Below, piece after piece: positions 49,224 to 58,786 of a DNA stretch of 64,000 nucleotides. This stretch comes from Parcubacteria group bacterium M6-OD1-3 (lineage in GTDB: Bacteria > Patescibacteriota > Minisyncoccia > Moranbacterales > UBA9337). A program made the position numbers and the translations under genes. The stretch is from NCBI GenBank assembly GCA_003056165.1, contig LSNR01000014.1, forward strand, positions 6,408 through 70,407, given 5' to 3'. The first letter of the stretch is position 1; each line of letters opens with the position of its first letter. Under the pieces are notes generated by a model. It made no database searches. It was not told the origin of the DNA and saw only the letters and a list, made by a program, of their open reading frames with translations.

Positions 49224-50252
49224 ATGAATGAACTTGATAAGTTTAATCTGAGGAAAGTTATTTTAGATGAGTATTTGCAAATTGAAGAGGGATTAAAATT
49301 GGGACAAGAAATTAAAATCGACGGTGATTTCAAGTCGATTACGGTTTCTGGAATGGGCGGATCGGCTTTACCTGCGGATGTTTTAAAAATTTTAATTGCT
49401 GACAATTTGCAAAGTGATGAAAAAAATGTTTCAAAAAAATATTTTCAAATATATCAAAACAGAAGTTATGGATTACCAATGGAGGCATATGATAATTCGT
49501 TGAATATAATTTGTTCTTACTCTGGAAATACAGAGGAAACAATTGCATCTTTTCAGGAGGCATTAAAAAATGATTTATTATGCGTGGGGATTTCTAACGG
49601 AGGAAAAATCGAAGAAATGTGCAAAGAAAATGGCGTTCCTCATATAAAAATTCCATATCCTTTTGAAAATTTTCAACCAAGAATGGCGACGGGATATTTT
49701 GTTTTTGCCATTTTCAAAATACTGGAAAATTTAGGTGTCGTTAAAAACAATGATGATAATTTTATAAAAGACGCTGATAAATTGAAGGAGAGAACTCTTG
49801 CAATGGAAGAAGATGGAAAAAAACTAGCTAAAAAACTAGTTGGAAAAACGCCGATTATTTATTCAACGGAGCAATTGAAGGCGTTAGCGATGATTTGGAA
49901 AATTAAATTTAATGAAAATTCCAAGACGCCAGCTTTTTGGAATTATTTTCCAGAAGTTAATCATAATGAAATGGTTGGATTTACCAATCCTCAAGCAGAC
50001 TTCTTTTTCATAATGCTTCGCGACAGAGATATTCATCCGCAGATGCTAAAGCGCTTTGAAACTATGTCGAAATTGATGAGTGAAAAGGGGCTGGAAACTG
50101 CGATTGTAAATATAGAAGGAAAGAATGTTTTAGAAAAAATATTCTCGACTCTTTATCTCGGTGATTGGACTTCATATTATTTGGCTTTAGAATACAATAT
50201 TGATCCAACGCCAGTTGAAATGGTTGAAAAATTTAAAAAATTAATTGCTTAA
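49224..50252 (+). CDS. Bifunctional phosphoglucose/phosphomannose isomerase
   Basis: GMGGSA, SYSGNTEET, QPR, NENSK, PEVNHNE. Confidence 0.92.
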   Translation: MNELDKFNLRKVILDEYLQIEEGLKLGQEIKIDGDFKSITVSGMGGSALPADVLKILIADNLQSDEKNVSKKYFQIYQNRSYGLPMEAYDNSLNIICSYSGNTEETIASFQEALKNDLLCVGISNGGKIEEMCKENGVPHIKIPYPFENFQPRMATGYFVFAIFKILENLGVVKNNDDNFIKDADKLKERTLAMEEDGKKLAKKLVGKTPIIYSTEQLKALAMIWKIKFNENSKTPAFWNYFPEVNHNEMVGFTNPQADFFFIMLRDRDIHPQMLKRFETMSKLMSEKGLETAIVNIEGKNVLEKIFSTLYLGDWTSYYLALEYNIDPTPVEMVEKFKKLIA

Positions 50253-50361
50253 AACATAAACAATGTTCTGGAATCTAACATGATACGATTAACGTATTAT
50301 ATATGTGTTAGTCGAGTGCGTTTTTATTAATATAATAAAATCTTTAAAAAATTAAAAAACT

Positions 50362-52236
50362 ATGATAACAAAAGAAGAAAAAAAAGCTTTAGCGATAAAG
50401 CTTTTACAAAAAAATATGAATTATAAAAAAAATGAAGAAAGTAAGAATGGAAGAAACAGGAATAATGAAAACAAAAAGCGTAATTATGATTATAAAAACG
50501 CTAAAAATAATCAGCAACGAAATAATAATTTTCGAAATGAGTCTGGTGTAATTAAAACAAAAATTAAAGGATTGCGAATTATTCCTTTAGGCGGTCAAGA
50601 AGAAGTCGGTCGAAATATGACGGTTTTTGAATATAAGAATGACATTGTAATCTTGGATATGGGTTTACAATTTCCAGAAGAGGATATGTTGGGAGTTGAT
50701 TATATTGTACCTGATATTTCATATCTTAAAGGGAAAGAGAAAAATATTCGTGGAGTGATTTTTAGTCATGGACACTTAGATCACATCGGTGCGGCACCAA
50801 TTTTATTGCAACAGTTAAATTACCCGACAGTTGTTGGGCGAGATTTCACTTTGGCGTTGGTTAAACATAAAATGGAAGATCACGAAAAAGATTCAGCAAA
50901 ACGATTGAAAATTATTAATATCAAATCAATCGATCAGAAGATTAGATTGGGAGATTTTAAAATAAGTTTTTTCAAAATAGAACATTCTGTAATGGATGCA
51001 GTTGGTGTCATCTTTGAAACTTCAGAAGGAACGATAATTCATCCTGGGGATTGGACGGTTGGTCGGGACGAAAAAGGAGCTCGGACGATTTCTTATGAAA
51101 ATCTTTCCAAATTACCTCGTCCGACAATTTTAATGTTGGAAAGTCTCGGAGCAACGGATCACACTGAACCGCCATCGGAAAAAAAGATGTATGAAAATCT
51201 AACAGATATTATTGGCTCTGCCAAAGGTAAAACTATTATTGCAACATTTGCCTCACAAGTAGAAAGAATTGGGAAAATATTTGATATTTGTCAACGAGCT
51301 GGAAAGAAAGTTGCACTAGATGGATATAGTATGAAAATGAATGTAGAAATTGCCAGAAAACTGGGATACATTAAGCCAGCAAAAGAAATATTGATTGATA
51401 TTAGGGATATTCATAAATATTCGGATGACAAAGTTGTGGTTATTTGTACAGGGGCACAAGGTGAAGGTAATGCTGTTCTTTCTAGAATGGTGGCTGATAG
51501 CCATCGTTATGTAAGAATTAGTAAGAAAGATACAATAGTATTTTCTTCTTCCGTTATCCCAGGAAATGAGAGAACTATTCAAAGATTGAAAGATAACTTA
51601 TATCGCAAATGTGATAATGTTATTCATACTAATATGATGGATGTTCATATTAGCGGACATTGTAATGCTTCGGATATTCAAGAAATGATAAAACAAGTTA
51701 AACCTGATTACTATATCCCGGTTTATGCTAACCATTATTTCCTTAAAGAAGCTCAAAAACTTGCGATAAAAATTGGATTTAACCCAAAAAATATTTTCAT
51801 TTTGGATAATGGTAGTGTTTTTCAATTGCACAATAAAAAAGCTACATTGACAAAAGAAAGAATAAAAACGGATTACGTTTTTATTGATGGACTCGGTGTC
51901 GGTGATGTCGGACAGGTGGTTTTGAGGGATAGACAAATGTTGGCCGAAGATGGAATGTTTGTAATTACGGTTATTATTGATAGCAAAACTAAAAAAGTTA
52001 TTGGTAATATGCAGATAACTTCTCGAGGATTTATTTATGTAAAAGAAAATTTTGATCTGGTAAATGCCACTAAGGAAGTTGTCAAAAAAGTTGTAAACAA
52101 AAATACCTCTAAGGATAGAAAAGCCAAAATAAATTGGGTCTTAATAAACAATCAAGTTAGAGAAGAAGTTGGAAAATTTTTATTTAAAAAAACTCAGCGA
52201 CGCCCAATGGTCTTGCCGGTAATTGTAGAGGTCTAA
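50362..52236 (+). CDS. rnj: Ribonuclease J
   Basis: PLGGQEEVGRNM, SHGHLDHIG, GAQGE, H.SGH, RRPMVLPV. Confidence 0.95.
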   Translation: MITKEEKKALAIKLLQKNMNYKKNEESKNGRNRNNENKKRNYDYKNAKNNQQRNNNFRNESGVIKTKIKGLRIIPLGGQEEVGRNMTVFEYKNDIVILDMGLQFPEEDMLGVDYIVPDISYLKGKEKNIRGVIFSHGHLDHIGAAPILLQQLNYPTVVGRDFTLALVKHKMEDHEKDSAKRLKIINIKSIDQKIRLGDFKISFFKIEHSVMDAVGVIFETSEGTIIHPGDWTVGRDEKGARTISYENLSKLPRPTILMLESLGATDHTEPPSEKKMYENLTDIIGSAKGKTIIATFASQVERIGKIFDICQRAGKKVALDGYSMKMNVEIARKLGYIKPAKEILIDIRDIHKYSDDKVVVICTGAQGEGNAVLSRMVADSHRYVRISKKDTIVFSSSVIPGNERTIQRLKDNLYRKCDNVIHTNMMDVHISGHCNASDIQEMIKQVKPDYYIPVYANHYFLKEAQKLAIKIGFNPKNIFILDNGSVFQLHNKKATLTKERIKTDYVFIDGLGVGDVGQVVLRDRQMLAEDGMFVITVIIDSKTKKVIGNMQITSRGFIYVKENFDLVNATKEVVKKVVNKNTSKDRKAKINWVLINNQVREEVGKFLFKKTQRRPMVLPVIVEV

Positions 52237-52337
52237 TATGTCTGAAAAATTATTTGGTGTTTTTTAAATTCTATTGTAAAATGTTTACAGAGTTTTAAAA
52301 ATAAATATATTTTAAATAAGTATTTTGAAACAACCAA

Positions 52338-52901
52338 ATGAAAAATAAAGACAAACCTTTTGTTCAAGTTGAAAATAATTTTGTTGATCCAACAAAAATA
52401 GTAAAAACACTTGGAATAAAAACGGGGGATAAAATTGCTGACTTTGGCTGTGGTCCAGGATATTTTTCTATTCCAATTGCTAGAGTTGTTGGAGAGGATG
52501 GTGAAGTTTACGCCTTCGATGTGTTGCCTTCCGCATTAGAAGCTTTAGAAAGTCAAGCAAAAATACAAGGAATTGATAATATTGTAATTAAAAGAGTCAA
52601 TCTGGAAAAGTATCAAAGTTCTGAATTAACAGATGAAAGTGTTGATTGGGTTATCCTTAAAAATATTTTATTTCAAAACAATAAAAAGAAAAATATTATA
52701 AAAGAAGCTTATCGTGTATTAAAAAAGGGTGGAAAAGTTCTTATTATGGAGTGGGATAAAAATTTAGCTATGGGCCCAATTCAAAAAAAACGAATAGCCC
52801 CACAAGATTTAATAGAAATAATTGATGAAGAGGGTTTGATTTTTGAGAAACAGATGACTGCCGGTAATTATCACTATATTATAATTGCTGTAAAGCTATA
52901 A
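52338..52901 (+). CDS. Class I SAM-dependent methyltransferase
   Basis: IADFGCGPGYF, VYAFDV, RVLKKGG. Confidence 0.88.
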   Translation: MKNKDKPFVQVENNFVDPTKIVKTLGIKTGDKIADFGCGPGYFSIPIARVVGEDGEVYAFDVLPSALEALESQAKIQGIDNIVIKRVNLEKYQSSELTDESVDWVILKNILFQNNKKKNIIKEAYRVLKKGGKVLIMEWDKNLAMGPIQKKRIAPQDLIEIIDEEGLIFEKQMTAGNYHYIIIAVKL

Positions 52902-52941
52902 TGTTTTTAAATTTCATAGAAAAATAAAAATAAAAATAAGT

Positions 52942-54327
52942 ATGCGCAAAATGAAAAAGAAATTTGTAAAAACAATCGTTATATTATTGATGTTTGTTTT
53001 GATAGTACCATTGTTTTCTGGTTGTTCTGAGAAATCATCTAATAAATATAAAATTGATCTTGAAATTTGGGGGGTATTTGATGATAATACCGATTTTGCG
53101 GAAGCTATAAGTGAATATAGAAATATTAATCCTTTTATAGATAAAATAACTTATAAAAAATTTCCAGTTGATGGATATAAAGATGAGATTATTAATGCTT
53201 TGGCTTCAGGAAACGGTCCGGATATTTTCTTGATTAATAACGCTTGGATGCCATCTTATGAAGATAAAGTTGCTTTAGCGCCAAAATATATTTTAAATGA
53301 GCAAGCTTTTCGAGAAAATTTTATTGATATAGTAGCTGATGATTTTATAGGTAAATCTGGTGAAATTTATGGAGCTCCGCTAAGTGTTGATTCTTTGGCC
53401 CTTTACTATAATAAAGATTTACTAAATGCCTCTGGTATAACAGCTCCGCCAGCGACTTGGAGTGAATTAATTGAAGATACTAGAAAAATAACTAAAGTAG
53501 ATGAATTTGGAACTATTTCACAGTCCGGTGTAGCGTTGGGGACAGCTTATAATATCAATAGATCAACGGACATTCTTGATTTATTAATGTTCCAGCAAGG
53601 AGCACAGATGCCCAATAAAAACAACATATCGTTTAAACCAGACTATAATATTGGTGAAAAGGTTATATCTTTCTATACTCAATTTGCTCGGTCTAGCTCG
53701 CCAGCATATTCGTGGAATAAGCAAATGCATTATTCCATAGATGCTTTTTATGAAGGAGATTTGGCAATGATGTTAAATTATTCTTGGCATATAAATACTA
53801 TCAAAAATAAAAATGCTAAATTAAACTTTGCGATTGCTCCAGTTCCACAAATATCAAAGGAGAATCCTGTTGATTATGCAAACTACTGGTCATTTGTGGT
53901 AAATAAAAACAAAAAAATCAAGCAATTGGATGAAAAAAGACCCATCACTGATGAGATTAGAATAGGTGAATCTTGGCAGTTTTTGAAGTTTCTAACTTTT
54001 AAAAATGATGGAAAGTTTCTTTTAATGAATATGAAATCTAAAAAAGTTAAAGAATATCCTGTAATGTTGGATCCAGCCGGAGTTTATTTAAAGGAAACTG
54101 GTAAATTAGCAGCTCGGCGTGATTTAATTGAAAAACAAAAAACAGATCCAGTATTAGGAGCTTTTGCTTATGGGAATTTAATAGCAAAAACTTGGTACAA
54201 AAAAGATTCTAGTCTCATAGAAACTATCTGGGCGAAAGTTATTGATGATGTAAATAATGGAGATATAACTCCTGGACAAGCATTTCAGTTAGTTGTTTCT
54301 AGGATAAGTCAGGTGAATAGAAAATAA
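52942..54327 (+). CDS. Extracellular solute-binding lipoprotein (family 1)
   Basis: Lipobox FSGC, GPDIF, LYYNKDL, PPATW. Confidence 0.85.
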   Translation: MRKMKKKFVKTIVILLMFVLIVPLFSGCSEKSSNKYKIDLEIWGVFDDNTDFAEAISEYRNINPFIDKITYKKFPVDGYKDEIINALASGNGPDIFLINNAWMPSYEDKVALAPKYILNEQAFRENFIDIVADDFIGKSGEIYGAPLSVDSLALYYNKDLLNASGITAPPATWSELIEDTRKITKVDEFGTISQSGVALGTAYNINRSTDILDLLMFQQGAQMPNKNNISFKPDYNIGEKVISFYTQFARSSSPAYSWNKQMHYSIDAFYEGDLAMMLNYSWHINTIKNKNAKLNFAIAPVPQISKENPVDYANYWSFVVNKNKKIKQLDEKRPITDEIRIGESWQFLKFLTFKNDGKFLLMNMKSKKVKEYPVMLDPAGVYLKETGKLAARRDLIEKQKTDPVLGAFAYGNLIAKTWYKKDSSLIETIWAKVIDDVNNGDITPGQAFQLVVSRISQVNRK

Positions 54328-54385
54328 TTATTTACTTATAATATTTAAAAATTTGAAATTTTTTATAGGATAAAAAAACAATAAA

Positions 54386-54889
54386 ATGAATAATAAAACG
54401 AAATTGTTAAATATAATAAAGAAAAGCAAATTGACAAATAAAGAACAGAATGATTTTGGTAAATATTTGAATAGTTTAAGGTTTGATAATTTAGAGCGAA
54501 TGATAAAAATGTTTGGAAATAAATCGAATGAATTAGCTGATTTTTGGTTGAGCTTGAGGACAAGAATTTTTTTACTCCAAGAAATAGATACAAGTAATAA
54601 AATTATAGAAGTAGAAAAAGAAAAAATCAAAAAAAGTATTATAGATATGAATGATGAGGAATTTTATGCTTGTGTCTATACGATGAAGATTGAGGCTAAT
54701 ACGACGAAAGTTGATTTAGATAGGAAAATCAAAAATTTATTAAAAGCAGAAAAAGAAAATCATCAGAAATTTGTAGAAATATCAAATAATTTATTAAGGG
54801 GTATTTTTAAAAAACAAGCAAAAAAAGTGAAGAAGAATGATGAACAAAGATATGAGAATGTACTTAATAAAATTAAAGGATTGAACTAG
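54386..54889 (+). CDS. Hypothetical helical protein
   Basis: 167-aa ORF, operon-like spacing. Confidence 0.6.
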   Translation: MNNKTKLLNIIKKSKLTNKEQNDFGKYLNSLRFDNLERMIKMFGNKSNELADFWLSLRTRIFLLQEIDTSNKIIEVEKEKIKKSIIDMNDEEFYACVYTMKIEANTTKVDLDRKIKNLLKAEKENHQKFVEISNNLLRGIFKKQAKKVKKNDEQRYENVLNKIKGLN

Positions 54890-54893
54890 AAAT

Positions 54894-55820
54894 ATGAGAG
54901 ATGAAATAAAAGTTAATAATGATAGTGGCAGAAAATCTTTGGAGCAATTAAATTTTAGCTACCACAAAGAAGTCATCTTCAATCAGAAAATATCTTTAAT
55001 GGATAACAGAAGAATAGAGGAATATGGTATAATTAAAGAATTAAATCAGGAAGTGGAAAACAGTGGGAAAAGAAAAGGTATTATGCGTAGACTTGAAGAG
55101 GTTGCTGGTAAGAATAAACTTTTAAGAGGAGCTATCGTTGCTGGAATACTATTGACAACGGATTCAGCGATTGGTCGAACGGTTATAAATAATAAGGAAG
55201 TCAATAATGCAATGACAAATTTTATACAAGGAATTCGTGTTGAGAAAAAAACTAGTAATGAAGAAATTGATACTCAAAGAAGATTTGTGGAAGGAATAAA
55301 TAATCCAAATAAAGAGAATTTTACTGAAAAAACTGAAAAACAAGAGGAAATAAAGGAAAAATTTGTAGAACCAAAAAAGGGGACATCAGAATATTATCTT
55401 TGGAAGTTAATGCCAGGTACAAAAGAAGAAAAAGAGAAAATAATTAAAGAGCGTCGACGAGAGCAAGTGGAAAAACAATCAGCTAAAGCTTCAGACGAAG
55501 AACAATTAGGAAAAAAAATTAATATAAAAAACGGTAGATTTAATTTACGACCAAGCCAATCTATTCGTCGCATAGTTTCTCCCGAAACAACTTTATATAC
55601 AATTGAGATTCAAAAACAACAGCAAGATTTACGGCAAAAGTTATTAGATAGTAATAACTATAATTTTCCAAAATCTAATATCCACATCAATCCAGATGCT
55701 AGTGTCGGTAATGTAGACGCAAATTCTAGTGCCAGAGTAAGAATTGGTCCGAATGTTCAGGTGGGAAATATAGAAGCGGAAGATAATGCGGACATACAAA
55801 TTGGCACTGCAAGATATTAA
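54894..55820 (+). CDS. Hypothetical protein with internal signal-like segment and short C-terminal beta-helix-like repeats
   Basis: KNKLLRGAIVAGILL; NIHINPDASVGNVDA / RVRIGPNVQVGNIEA repeats. Confidence 0.65.
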   Translation: MRDEIKVNNDSGRKSLEQLNFSYHKEVIFNQKISLMDNRRIEEYGIIKELNQEVENSGKRKGIMRRLEEVAGKNKLLRGAIVAGILLTTDSAIGRTVINNKEVNNAMTNFIQGIRVEKKTSNEEIDTQRRFVEGINNPNKENFTEKTEKQEEIKEKFVEPKKGTSEYYLWKLMPGTKEEKEKIIKERRREQVEKQSAKASDEEQLGKKINIKNGRFNLRPSQSIRRIVSPETTLYTIEIQKQQQDLRQKLLDSNNYNFPKSNIHINPDASVGNVDANSSARVRIGPNVQVGNIEAEDNADIQIGTARY

Positions 55821-55825
55821 TCACT

Positions 55826-57346
55826 ATGAGTAATAAAAAAGAAAATTCGTTAGCTGAAGGAGATAATAAAGAAAAAGCATCAAAAAATAATTTGGTTGAT
55901 AAATTAAAAGAGATAGATGTAATTGGGAAAGAGGAGGAAAGTATATTGAAATTATTACAAGATGAATTAAACGATTTTAAAAGTGAAGAGTTAGATACGA
56001 AGAAAAAAGAAGGTGGTGTTTTGAGCAATTTGGCGGAAATATACAGGAATAATAAACTGTTAAAGGCTACAATAGTTGGATTAAATATATCAATAATTAT
56101 ACCTGAAGTAGCGATTGCAAAAAATTTAGTAGGAGCTAATGGTTCAATGTTGGAGCTTAAAAGTAGCGACAGTTTAAATTCTGCGACTAAATTGCTCTTG
56201 GAACAATTAAAAATTGGAAAAGTCGACAAGAATTTATTAAATGCCCAAATATCAAGTGTAGATGTTGATAATGTGGAAGCTAATAAGATAGAGGAAAAAC
56301 AAGGATATAAATCTGATGAAGAGGGAGCAAATACTCAAGAAATGCGTGCAGTTATTGATGCAGTTCTTCAACATAAAAAATATCAAGAAAAATTAGTTGA
56401 AAGATATGGTGAAGATGGGGCTAGAGAGTATATCAATAAAATAAAAGAGCAAGAGGATCGAATAATTGGACCAAATGGTGAAGATTGGTATAATGAAGAA
56501 GATGTAAAAAAAGGTGTAATTGTCAATGAACAAAGGAATAGTTCTGATTTTAGATTGGATAAAAGTAAAAAATATACAGTAGAACATACGAGAAAAGAAG
56601 TTATGCAACATATTGGTAGTGAAGATTATCTAAATAAACTAACAAAAGAATTCAATGGTGACGAGAATAGAGCCAGAAAAGAACAGAAAAAAAGAGTAAA
56701 TCGTGTCAAAAATGCCGAAGTGAATATTAAAGCTGAAAGGACTTCAGGAGAGATTTATAATATGCTGAGAAGACAAGCGAATGGAAATATCCCTAAAAAT
56801 ATAGTGGGAAAAGAAAGGAGAAAAATACTAACAAATATAGTTGAATATTATAAAAAATATTTTGCACGGAGAGAATTATACGGTTTTAGTATATTTGATA
56901 ATAGTGAAAAAATTTATATTTTTAAAGATACTCCTAAAGGAGAGAAGTTCGATAATAGTATTAGGCATGAGTTTTTGCATAGTAGCACCCGTGGTGATAA
57001 AAATATTTCAGAAAAGGTGAAAAATATTCTTAGCGAGACATTTCGGTCTAGTAATAGAAGGAAAGAGCGTGTAATGAATGATTATTTATTAGGTAGTTCG
57101 GAGAGACTTGTTAGGAAACAACAGTTAGATTATCAATTAGAAGAGTATGGAATTAAAAAATATGGAGAAAAATTTACTAGAAAGCACTATGATGCTATAA
57201 TGCAAATGTATAATATAGGTGCATTTAGTGAAGATGTAGAACAATTTATAAGAACAACAAAACCTGATTATAAAACATTTAAAGAGATTTTTGACGAAAT
57301 AGCAAAAAATGAAGATGAGAAAAAGCAACAGGAAGGGACAGTATAG
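55826..57346 (+). CDS. Putative zincin metallopeptidase with internal signal-like segment
   Basis: NNKLLKATIVGL; HEFLH (HExxH) at 56966-56980, downstream Glu candidate in SSERLVR. Confidence 0.6.
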   Translation: MSNKKENSLAEGDNKEKASKNNLVDKLKEIDVIGKEEESILKLLQDELNDFKSEELDTKKKEGGVLSNLAEIYRNNKLLKATIVGLNISIIIPEVAIAKNLVGANGSMLELKSSDSLNSATKLLLEQLKIGKVDKNLLNAQISSVDVDNVEANKIEEKQGYKSDEEGANTQEMRAVIDAVLQHKKYQEKLVERYGEDGAREYINKIKEQEDRIIGPNGEDWYNEEDVKKGVIVNEQRNSSDFRLDKSKKYTVEHTRKEVMQHIGSEDYLNKLTKEFNGDENRARKEQKKRVNRVKNAEVNIKAERTSGEIYNMLRRQANGNIPKNIVGKERRKILTNIVEYYKKYFARRELYGFSIFDNSEKIYIFKDTPKGEKFDNSIRHEFLHSSTRGDKNISEKVKNILSETFRSSNRRKERVMNDYLLGSSERLVRKQQLDYQLEEYGIKKYGEKFTRKHYDAIMQMYNIGAFSEDVEQFIRTTKPDYKTFKEIFDEIAKNEDEKKQQEGTV

Positions 57347-57360
57347 GATAAACGCAATAC

Positions 57361-58305
57361 TATAAATAATAATTTTAAAAATTAAACAAAAATAAATACT
57401 ATGGAGAAAAACAATAAAGTCCCAATGGGGATAGTCGTTACATTAATAGTGTTAGTAATAGTACTTATCGGAGTTATGATCGCCTTAATGATAAAGATGA
57501 AAAGCGAAGTAAATAATAATAATATAAATTTTGGTAATGGAACAAGTAGTCTACCTAGAAATACTAAAAATGTTTACAATAATGATGATATGCCAATGAA
57601 CAAAAAAATTATTTTTAATAATTTTTTCAAAATTAAATCTGAAAAGCAAAATAATGCTATAACTAATGTGGCTGGTGAAGAGATATTTACAGGTCCTGAT
57701 CAGGAATATAACCAACCATCAAGTATAGTTTATAATTTTACAGATCCCAATAATCAAGAGAAATATCTTTTTATTGATTTAAATTTATATGATCTACAAT
57801 CTATCGAGAAGTATGAAAATAAAAAATGGGAATATTTTAATGTTCTAGAAGAAGTGAGGGATGTGTTGGGGGGAGAGTCAACACTAAATGAAGATAGTTT
57901 TCAGTCGTCAAATGATTTAATATTTCCATCTATTCCAGCTAGTTGTTCAACACCAACTCATAGTAAATTTATTAAAACAAATTTTTTATCTGGATTTAGA
58001 TTTACAACAAATTGTACTCAAGAATATGCACCTATTAAGACAGTTACATATTTTTTCGATGGATTGAGTAATAATGGTAAGTACCATATTACTTTTGAAT
58101 ATTCAGATCTGAAAGTAAAATCCATAGAACAATATTTTTCAGAAAATCCAGATGAAGAATCGAGTAATGAAGTTAATGTTATAGAAAAAACAACTAATTT
58201 ATTTGAAAATGAAAATGATAATAATTTTACGCCGTCATTACTTAAAATTGATAAATTTATAAAATCTATTCAGTATAAATAATAATCTTAAAAATTAAAC
58301 AAAAA
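57361..58305 (+). repeat. 32-bp direct repeats (31/32 identical) bracketing the 57401..58282 gene
   Basis: tataaataataat(t/c)ttaaaaattaaacaaaaa at 57361-57392 and 58274-58305. Confidence 0.8.
57401..58282 (+). CDS. Single-TM extracytoplasmic hypothetical protein
   Basis: N-terminal TM, Asn-rich linker, globular domain with two Cys. Confidence 0.7.
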   Translation: MEKNNKVPMGIVVTLIVLVIVLIGVMIALMIKMKSEVNNNNINFGNGTSSLPRNTKNVYNNDDMPMNKKIIFNNFFKIKSEKQNNAITNVAGEEIFTGPDQEYNQPSSIVYNFTDPNNQEKYLFIDLNLYDLQSIEKYENKKWEYFNVLEEVRDVLGGESTLNEDSFQSSNDLIFPSIPASCSTPTHSKFIKTNFLSGFRFTTNCTQEYAPIKTVTYFFDGLSNNGKYHITFEYSDLKVKSIEQYFSENPDEESSNEVNVIEKTTNLFENENDNNFTPSLLKIDKFIKSIQYK

Positions 58306-58310
58306 ATATT

Positions 58311-58775
58311 ATGGAAAAAGAAATGGTTATTAGTGATAAATCTGTTGAGAGTAGAATAAAACATTATGGAAAGCAACCGTCAGAGAAAATATTGACGCCT
58401 GAAAAGCAAAAAATTATGCAAGAAAACTTAATTAATGAGTTTAAGAAATTAGGAGAAAAAGATGATATTATGAAAATTGCAGAACAAGTCTTAAAGCCAA
58501 AGCCAATTTTAGAAGTTGAAGTTTTGGAAGATGAAGTTCTCCATATTATTTATGGAGAAGAAAAAGAAGGGGATGGAAAAGAAGATATAATAGTATCAAA
58601 AAATCAGGATGATAATTTCGTTGTAAAATCATTTTATTTTGATTACATTGCAAGATCAGATTATCCTAGTTTTTCTGAACTTTTGGAAAATCCTATTTCT
58701 AGAGAGGATGAACGAAATAGGACGGGAGGAAAACGAGGAAGTTTAGATTATCATGATAATAAAGATTATAAATAA
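58311..58775 (+). CDS. Hypothetical acidic soluble protein
   Basis: 154-aa ORF in operon. Confidence 0.6.
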   Translation: MEKEMVISDKSVESRIKHYGKQPSEKILTPEKQKIMQENLINEFKKLGEKDDIMKIAEQVLKPKPILEVEVLEDEVLHIIYGEEKEGDGKEDIIVSKNQDDNFVVKSFYFDYIARSDYPSFSELLENPISREDERNRTGGKRGSLDYHDNKDYK

Positions 58776-58786
58776 AAATAAACAGT

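Noticed and set aside
55726-56229. 167-aa minus-strand ORF and similar short overlapping ORFs in the track
   Set aside because: Antisense or alternate-frame shadows of well-supported genes
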